64,000 bases of DNA from Bacteroidales bacterium (GTDB lineage: Bacteria > Bacteroidota > Bacteroidia > Bacteroidales > FEN-979): assembly GCA_030681475.1 (NCBI GenBank), contig JAUXWT010000071.1:33347-97346 (forward strand). The letters are read 5' to 3'. The stretch's first letter is position 1; each line of letters opens with the position of its first letter. Made by a program: the position numbers and the translations under genes. Below are positions 18,392-24,634 of the stretch, one piece after another. The notes under the pieces are model-generated. The model made no database searches, was not told where the DNA came from, and worked only from the letters and a program-made list of their open reading frames with translations.

Positions 18392-21300
18392 GTGTCAGGA
18401 AAATTTCATCCGATACCTCTTCCGGGCCTCTTAAGATTAACACTTGCCGAAATCAGTCAAAACAGATTTATGGGAATTCCCGGTAGTTTGTTCTACCGGC
18501 CGCACCCTACCGATCGTTTTGGATTTACGAGATATGGACGATACCTTGAAACGCCCATCGGAGTGGCTGCAGGGCCTCACACACAGTTGGCGCTTAACAT
18601 AGTTGCCGCCTGGCTTTGCGGTGCCCGGTATATTGAGTTAAAGACCGTCCAGACCCTGGATGAACTCGAAGTCTCAAAACCCTGCATCGACATGCAGGAC
18701 GAGGGTTACAACTGTGAGTGGTCCCAGGAACTTAAAGTGAATGAGTCCTTTGCTGAGTACCTCAACGCCTGGATCATCATCCATATCCTTCATATTGAAT
18801 TGGGATTCACCGGATCAGTGGGAACGCTTTTTAACATGAGTGTGGGGTACAACCTTGAGGGGATCATGAATGCCAATGTCCAATGGTTTTTTGACCGGAT
18901 GCTGGATTGTAGTACAGAACTGGATAAAGCGAGAGAATCCATCAGGGGGATTTACCCTGGTATTGATAAGATAGATATCCCATCGAAAATATCGGATCAT
19001 GTTACCTTGAGCACCATGCATGGATGTCCGCCCGACGAGATTGAAAGGATCGGGCTATATCTGATCAGCGAAAAGAAATTACATACCACAATTAAATTAA
19101 ATCCAACATTACTTGGACCGGAAGTAATTCGCGGGTTGCTGAACACCAGGTTTGGCTTTTCCACTGTAGTTCCTGACACCGCTTTTGAACATGACCTGAA
19201 ATATCCGGATGCAATACAGATCATTGAATCGCTGGGGTTGGCTTCAGATAAAAACGGATTACAGTTTGGCGTAAAGCTTACCAACACCCTGGAATGTAAA
19301 AACAATAAAAATATTTTCGGGGACGGGGAGACCATGATGTACATGAGCGGCCGGGCGCTACATCCCATAAGCGTATTGCTGGCAAGGAAAATGCAGAATG
19401 ACATGGGGGGCAGCCTTGATATCTCTTTTTCTGCAGGTGCGGATTGTTTTAACGTTGCCGATGTGCTGGACTGTGGTATGAGACCGGTGACCGTGTGCAG
19501 CGATTTGCTGAAGCCCGGCGGATACGGGCGTTTATTTCAATATATTGAAAACCTTCGTTCACACAACCAGGTCAACAAGTCAGCTCTGCAAAACCTGAAT
19601 AATTATGCTGACAGGGTTGTCGATAATCCGGGTTATTATAAGCATTTATTGTCCGATCCCTCTATCAAGACTTCAAGGGAACTTGGTTGGTTTGACTGTA
19701 TTCATGCTCCGTGTACAGATACCTGTCCGACAAATCAGGACATTCCGGAATATATGCATCATACAGCGCATGATGATATTCCCGCGGCATTTGATACAAT
19801 TTTCATGACCAATCCCTTTCCATCAGTTACAGGAATGGTATGCGACCATTTGTGTGAGTTGAAATGCACCCGGGTAAATTTTGACAATGCATTGCATATC
19901 AGAGAGATCAAGAGGTTTGTGGCGGAAAACACCCCACCCCCATCCCCACCCCCAAAAGGAGAGGGGCAAGTGGCCCGGGCAGCCATTATCGGGGCTGGCC
20001 CGGCTGGTTTATCCTGTGGATGGTACTTACGCAATGCTGGTTTTGAGGTGGATATCTTTGAACAGAAAAATGTTGCCGGGGGCATGGTTTCTGCAGCCAT
20101 TCCCTCATTCCGGCTTACCGGCGAGGCCATTGATAACGATATACAACGGATACTGGCATCAGGGATTCATCTGCATGATAATCAATATATTGACGCCGCA
20201 CGTTTTAAGCTGCTCCAACGTGATTACGACCTCATTTTCCTGGCTGCAGGCGCTCAACAATCAATCAGACTGAATATCGAAGGAATAGACTCAAGCGGGG
20301 TGATTGATCCGCTGGAGTTTTTATTTGATGTCAGGCAAAATAAGACAACCAGGTTGGGTCAGCACGTGATCATCATTGGAGGTGGGAATACAGCCATGGA
20401 TTCCGCCCGCACTGCATTCCGGATGGTAGGAAAAGAGGGGAGTGTCACCATCGTTTACCGTCGCACGGTTAAAGAAATGCCCGCCGATCATGGTGAGATC
20501 AAAGCAGTGCAGGAAGAGGGGATCCGTATCATTGAGCTAGCCAATCCCGTTCGTGTTCAATCGGTCGGGGGCAGGGTTACCGGACTGTTATGTTCACGCA
20601 ACATCCTGACCTTGAATGGAAATGATGACAGGCCCTCCCCACGCGCCATCCCTGGTTCCGAATTTGAAATTTCATGCGATACCATTATTCCGGCCATTGG
20701 CCAGCAGATGGCGGTTGATTTTCTTGAGCATGATCAACTTCGTCCGGTTCAGGGAAGTTATAAAACAGGAGTTCCCAAACTTTACATCGGCGGAGATGCC
20801 ATGCGTGGCGCCTCGACAGCAATCAATGCCATCGCCGACGGCCGCAAAGCCGCAGAAGAAATCATAGCACAAACGGCGCACCTGCTCCCCTCCCCTGCAA
20901 GGGGAGGGGTCGAGTGTGGGGTAGAAGATATCCCCCAACTGATGCATCGCAAAGCGATCAGGGAATATGGAATTCATCCGGCAGAAACCGCCCTGGACAG
21001 GAGAAGGAATTTCGATCTGGTCATGTCATCCTTTACAGCAGAACAGGCAAAGACAGAGGCAGCACGGTGTTTGCGATGTGATGTGATCTGCAACGTATGT
21101 GTCTCGGTTTGCCCGAACCTGGCCAACTTCGGATACCGGGTCGAACCAGTGCGTTATTCGCTGGAAAAGGCAGTTTTAAATGAGGATGGCTCCATCGTAA
21201 TAGAAAAGGATAAGGTTTTTAAGGTTGATCAGCCATTTCAGATCCTTAACATCCGTGATCTGTGCAATGAATGTGGTAATTGTACTACATTTTGCCCGAC

Positions 21301-21628
21301 CAGCGGCAGGCCATTCGCCGATAAGCCCGGTATATTTCTTTCTGTGAAATCGTTGAACGAAGTGGGTACAGGCTTTCTTTTTAGTCAGCTTCCGGGAAAA
21401 CAGGCGCTGATTTATAGGGACAAGGAGAGTGTAAAAACTTTGAGTTTGATGGATGACAAATATGTGTATGAGACAGACCAGGTCACAGCGGTTATCAATG
21501 CAAAAGATTTCGCACTGCTTGATGTAAAGTTTCTGACACCGTGTGTTAAAGAATTCCACTTTGAATTTGCTGCAGAAATGAGTATAATATTGAATGGTGC
21601 AATGCAAATAACAGTGAATATTGAATAA
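18392..21628 (+). CDS. ygfK: YgfK-type Fe-S/flavin oxidoreductase (annotated 'putative selenate reductase subunit YgfK'; DPD-like TIM barrel + GltD-like FAD/NAD(P) domain + 2x[4Fe-4S])
   Basis: The N-terminus PIPLPGLL...FMGIPGSLFY...ETPIGVAAGPHTQLALNIVAAWLCGARYIELKTVQTLDELEVSKPCIDMQDEGYNCEWSQE aligns with E. coli YgfK as I recall it. It carries AIIGAGPAGLSCG (GxGxxG), IIIGGGNTAMD, and the motifs CLRCDVICNVCVSVCPN and CNECGNCTTFCP. At 1078 aa it compares with about 1030 aa in E. coli. The start codon is GTG. Confidence 0.88.
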   Translation: MSGKFHPIPLPGLLRLTLAEISQNRFMGIPGSLFYRPHPTDRFGFTRYGRYLETPIGVAAGPHTQLALNIVAAWLCGARYIELKTVQTLDELEVSKPCIDMQDEGYNCEWSQELKVNESFAEYLNAWIIIHILHIELGFTGSVGTLFNMSVGYNLEGIMNANVQWFFDRMLDCSTELDKARESIRGIYPGIDKIDIPSKISDHVTLSTMHGCPPDEIERIGLYLISEKKLHTTIKLNPTLLGPEVIRGLLNTRFGFSTVVPDTAFEHDLKYPDAIQIIESLGLASDKNGLQFGVKLTNTLECKNNKNIFGDGETMMYMSGRALHPISVLLARKMQNDMGGSLDISFSAGADCFNVADVLDCGMRPVTVCSDLLKPGGYGRLFQYIENLRSHNQVNKSALQNLNNYADRVVDNPGYYKHLLSDPSIKTSRELGWFDCIHAPCTDTCPTNQDIPEYMHHTAHDDIPAAFDTIFMTNPFPSVTGMVCDHLCELKCTRVNFDNALHIREIKRFVAENTPPPSPPPKGEGQVARAAIIGAGPAGLSCGWYLRNAGFEVDIFEQKNVAGGMVSAAIPSFRLTGEAIDNDIQRILASGIHLHDNQYIDAARFKLLQRDYDLIFLAAGAQQSIRLNIEGIDSSGVIDPLEFLFDVRQNKTTRLGQHVIIIGGGNTAMDSARTAFRMVGKEGSVTIVYRRTVKEMPADHGEIKAVQEEGIRIIELANPVRVQSVGGRVTGLLCSRNILTLNGNDDRPSPRAIPGSEFEISCDTIIPAIGQQMAVDFLEHDQLRPVQGSYKTGVPKLYIGGDAMRGASTAINAIADGRKAAEEIIAQTAHLLPSPARGGVECGVEDIPQLMHRKAIREYGIHPAETALDRRRNFDLVMSSFTAEQAKTEAARCLRCDVICNVCVSVCPNLANFGYRVEPVRYSLEKAVLNEDGSIVIEKDKVFKVDQPFQILNIRDLCNECGNCTTFCPTSGRPFADKPGIFLSVKSLNEVGTGFLFSQLPGKQALIYRDKESVKTLSLMDDKYVYETDQVTAVINAKDFALLDVKFLTPCVKEFHFEFAAEMSIILNGAMQITVNIE
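19931..19973. repeat. GC-rich palindromic-element copy inserted in frame in ygfK (encodes TPPPSPPPKGEGQV)
   Basis: ACCCCACCCCCATCCCCACCCCCAAAAGGAGAGGGGCAAGTGG is related to the reverse complement of 20881-20925 and to the intergenic copy at 39048-39095. It lies immediately 5' of the GxGxxG codons. Confidence 0.6.
20881..20925. repeat. GC-rich palindromic-element copy inserted in frame in ygfK (encodes LLPSPARGGVECGV)
   Basis: The core CCCCTCCCC-TGCAA-GGGGAGGGG (20887-20909) is a perfect 9-bp GC stem. It is followed by TCGAGTGTGGGGTA, which resembles the TCAGGGGTTGAGGTA arm of the copy at 39048-39095. Confidence 0.65.
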
Positions 21629-21669
21629 AAAACATTGAAAAGTGAATAAATAACAGTGAATAGTTATGA
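21607..21669. repeat. 7-nt-period tandem array spanning the ygfK stop and the next ATG
   Basis: The units read aataaca gtgaata ttgaata aaaaaca ttgaaaa gtgaata aataaca gtgaata gttatga. The 14-mer AATAACAGTGAATA occurs twice (21607-21620 and 21649-21662). Confidence 0.6.
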
Positions 21670-23138
21670 TACCAATTATTAAGAATGTTGTTGATCAGGC
21701 AGTGCTGGAAAAGGCCATTGGCCATTACCGCGAAAAGGGAATCATCCTGCCGACTTTCGCCCAGATGCAAAACCCGGACCTAATTCCCGGTAGCATCAGG
21801 GATAGATTGAAGAACATCGGCCTGTGGGATCTTCATCCCCTGAATTTATTCAGGATAACCTGGAAAAATGAACCGAAGGCCTCCGGAGGATTATTTGGGG
21901 CGCCTAATTTTATTGTGTTGCCGAAGGAGCTCACCGGAATTGATACTCCCATCATTGTGATGCTTGGCAAATGGTTCCCGACCGGGGCACACAAGGTGGG
22001 CGCTGCCTATGGATGCCTGGCCCCCCGCATCATCACCGGTGGGTTCGATCCGACTTATCATAAAGCGGTATGGCCGTCAACCGGAAACTATTGCCGCGGT
22101 GGCGCCTTTGATTCCTATCTCATGGATGTAACCGCGGTGGCCATCCTTCCAGAGGAGATGAGCCGCGAACGGTTTGCCTGGCTTGAGGAGATCGGCGCCG
22201 AAGTGATCGCCACACCGGGTTGCGAGTCAAATGTGAAGGAGATATACGATAAATGCTGGGAGATCAGGCGTACACGGAAAGATTGTATCATTTTCAACCA
22301 GTTTGATGAATTTGGAAACTCATGCTGGCACCATGAAGTTACCGGTCATGCGATTGAAGAGGCGTTCAGGATGGTTGCGGGAAAGGATGCGCACTTGTCT
22401 GCCTATATTTCAGCAACCGGATCGGCGGGGACCATCGCTGCGGGAGATTATCTGCGAACCAAATTCCCCTCTATGAAAGTGGTTGCATCAGAGGCGCTGC
22501 AATGCCCCACACTGTTGATGAATGGTTTTGGCGGTCACCGGATCGAGGGGATCGGTGACAAGCATGTTCCATGGGTACACAACGTAAGGAATACCGATGT
22601 TGTTACGGCAATTGATGATGAAGATTGCATGCGGTTGCTGAGATTGTTCAATGAAAAAGCCGGACATGAATACCTTAAAGCCAATGGAGTTGATGGGGAG
22701 TTGGTGTCAATGTTATACACAATAGGCATTTCCGGGATCGGGAATATTTTATCAGCCATCAAAACCGCAAAACATTTTGAATTCACAAGTGAGGATATCA
22801 TGGTGACCATTGCCACAGATTCTGCCGAAATGTATGGCTCCAGAATTATGGAGCTGAACAGTGAACGCGGTTCCTATTCATCGATTCAGGCCGCACGGGA
22901 TCACGAGAAATGCATGTTGGGAAATGGTACTTCAAACATGAAAGAGCTCGGATACAGCGACCGGAAAGCAATTCATAACCTGAAATATTTCACCTGGATC
23001 GAACAGCAGGGAAAGGATGTGGAGGATTTACGCCAGTTGTGGGAGGATCGTCATATCTGGACGGAGATATTCAGCCAGCCTGCCCGCTGGGATGAACTGA
23101 TAAATGAATTCAATGAAAGAACTGGATTACTTAAATAA
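21666..23138 (+). CDS. fold-type-II PLP-dependent enzyme, long (490 aa) uncharacterised subfamily (cysteine synthase/Trp-synthase-beta superfamily)
   Basis: GKWFPTGAHKVGAAYGCL supplies a candidate PLP-Lys. WPSTGNYCRGGAFDS and SATGSAGTIAAGDYL (Gly-rich phosphate loop) are typical of the PALP fold. An extra ~120-aa C-terminal extension is present. The specific function is not recognisable. Confidence 0.6.
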   Translation: MIPIIKNVVDQAVLEKAIGHYREKGIILPTFAQMQNPDLIPGSIRDRLKNIGLWDLHPLNLFRITWKNEPKASGGLFGAPNFIVLPKELTGIDTPIIVMLGKWFPTGAHKVGAAYGCLAPRIITGGFDPTYHKAVWPSTGNYCRGGAFDSYLMDVTAVAILPEEMSRERFAWLEEIGAEVIATPGCESNVKEIYDKCWEIRRTRKDCIIFNQFDEFGNSCWHHEVTGHAIEEAFRMVAGKDAHLSAYISATGSAGTIAAGDYLRTKFPSMKVVASEALQCPTLLMNGFGGHRIEGIGDKHVPWVHNVRNTDVVTAIDDEDCMRLLRLFNEKAGHEYLKANGVDGELVSMLYTIGISGIGNILSAIKTAKHFEFTSEDIMVTIATDSAEMYGSRIMELNSERGSYSSIQAARDHEKCMLGNGTSNMKELGYSDRKAIHNLKYFTWIEQQGKDVEDLRQLWEDRHIWTEIFSQPARWDELINEFNERTGLLK

Positions 23139-23142
23139 AATG

Positions 23143-23293
23143 TGGCTAAAGCCAATGGCTCAGAAACCCATCAATAACAGTTGGCTGAAGCCAACTGCAA
23201 TAAATGGAGGAAAAGCAAAATCTGTTGGTATTTATTGCAGTCAGCTTTAGCTGACTGATTAAGGGATGACTTAATAATTGGGGCTTTAGCCCC
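23143..23293. repeat. ~150-bp dyad-symmetric element made of four tetraloop hairpins plus a central 12-bp inverted repeat
   Basis: H1 is TGGC-TAAA-GCCA (23143-23154). H2 is GTTGGC-TGAA-GCCAAC (23180-23195). The central pair is ACTGCAATAAAT / ATTTATTGCAGT (about 23194-23205 and 23230-23241). H3 is GTCAGC-TTTA-GCTGAC (23240-23255). H4 is GGGGC-TTTA-GCCCC (23280-23293). Confidence 0.7.
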
Positions 23294-23328
23294 ATTAATG
23301 AGAAAATAATTTCAGAAATATTTTAAAC

Positions 23329-24633
23329 ATGCCTGAAAAATTCCACTTTGAATGTGTAAACTGTAAAACTGAATATCCCGGCGACAAGGTCATCTATTTG
23401 TGTCCATCATGCGAAGCGTTGAACAAACCCGGCATTCCCCCGCAGGGTGTTCTGAAGACCATATACCCTTATGAAAAAATTCGCGGCTCAAATCCTGTGA
23501 ATAACCTTTTTGAACGGTTGCAGCGCGAACAGTTTCTTTCATTGCTGCCAATTAAAGGGATGAATTCATGGACTGGATTGCATGTCGGGGATACACCTTT
23601 ATACAAGGTGGACAAGTGGACAGGTGGGCAGGCGGACAGGCGGACAGACGGACAGGCGGACAGGCGGGGGGATGAGTTTGAGATTTACCTGAAAGATGAT
23701 TCGCAGAATCCAACATTTTCTTTTAAGGATCGAGCTTCAGCGCTTGTTTCGGCCTGGGCGCGTGAAAATGGAATAAAAACCCTGGTCGCTGCTTCCACCG
23801 GAAATGCTGGATCGTCACTCGCAGGTATTTGTGCATCACAGGGACAAAAGGCGATGATCGTCGTGCCTGCAGCGGCACCGCTGGCCAAACTTACACAGAT
23901 ACTCATGTATGGAGCAACGCTGGTTCCGGTCAGGGGTACTTATGATGATGCTTTCGACCTGAGCGTGCAGATCTCTGAAAAATATGGTTATTATAACCGG
24001 AATACAGCCTATAATCCACTTACCATTGAAGGCAAAAAGACAGTTTCATTCGAACTGTTCCACCAACTCGGAAACCAGGTTCCAGACCGGATCTTTATCC
24101 CGGTTGGGGATGGGGTCATCTTTTCCGGTGTTTGCAAGGGATTTGAAGATCTGCTGAAACTTGGGATCATCAGCCGGATGCCGGTTCTGGTAGCAGTTCA
24201 GGCGGAAGGGAGCAGCAACCTGATCAACAATTTGAAAAACGACTCATTCGATGTCAAGCCATCCAGGACAATTGCCGATTCTATTTCCGTGGATGCGCCC
24301 CGATGTTTCTTCCTGACACGTGACTATATTGAGAAATATCACGGGGAGTCTGTTTCAGTATCAGACCAGAAAATTTTGACGGCATCGCTTCATCTTTCTC
24401 ATTCAAGGGGAATATTTTCCGAACCTGCAGCGGTTGCAGCTTATGCCGGCATGTTGAAATATCGCGATCAGGGATTGATCCCGCCCGGTACAAAAAATGT
24501 GGTGTTGCTCACCGGAAGCGGACTGAAAGATCTGACCGCCGTTCAATCATCCATCCAAATACCGGAGGCTGTTGAGCCGGATATCCGATCGGTTGAAGCA
24601 ATTATCCAAAGGCATTTTTCACATAAATCCTGA
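23329..24633 (+). CDS. threonine-synthase-like PLP enzyme with N-terminal Zn-ribbon
   Basis: A CxxC...CxxC ribbon (CVNCKTEY...LCPSCEA) starts the protein. The PLP-Lys motif is NPTFSFKDRAS, followed by ASTGNAGSSLA. Length and order are typical of the ThrC family. It contains a low-complexity insert, GGQADRRTDGQADRRGDE. Confidence 0.7.
   Translation: MPEKFHFECVNCKTEYPGDKVIYLCPSCEALNKPGIPPQGVLKTIYPYEKIRGSNPVNNLFERLQREQFLSLLPIKGMNSWTGLHVGDTPLYKVDKWTGGQADRRTDGQADRRGDEFEIYLKDDSQNPTFSFKDRASALVSAWARENGIKTLVAASTGNAGSSLAGICASQGQKAMIVVPAAAPLAKLTQILMYGATLVPVRGTYDDAFDLSVQISEKYGYYNRNTAYNPLTIEGKKTVSFELFHQLGNQVPDRIFIPVGDGVIFSGVCKGFEDLLKLGIISRMPVLVAVQAEGSSNLINNLKNDSFDVKPSRTIADSISVDAPRCFFLTRDYIEKYHGESVSVSDQKILTASLHLSHSRGIFSEPAAVAAYAGMLKYRDQGLIPPGTKNVVLLTGSGLKDLTAVQSSIQIPEAVEPDIRSVEAIIQRHFSHKS
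23608..23671. repeat. 8 x 8-nt tandem repeat inside the ThrC-like CDS
   Basis: The units read GTGGACAA GTGGACAG GTGGGCAG GCGGACAG GCGGACAG ACGGACAG GCGGACAG GCGGGGGG. Confidence 0.85.
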
Positions 24634-24634
24634 T

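Noticed and set aside
23143-23293. Considered whether the hairpin cluster is a tRNA, another known small RNA, or a riboswitch for the ThrC-like gene.
   Set aside because: There is no cloverleaf, no anticodon arm and no conserved tRNA boxes. I recognise no riboswitch consensus. Its dyad symmetry fits a palindromic repeat element better, so it is kept as a finding of unknown function.
24572-24634. The upstream alternative start for the XdhD-like gene given in the ORF track.
   Set aside because: It would overlap the ThrC-like gene by 62 nt. The ATG at 24635 lies 1 nt after that gene's stop and gives the N-terminus (MITFYLN..., a short lead into the 2Fe-2S domain) expected of this family.
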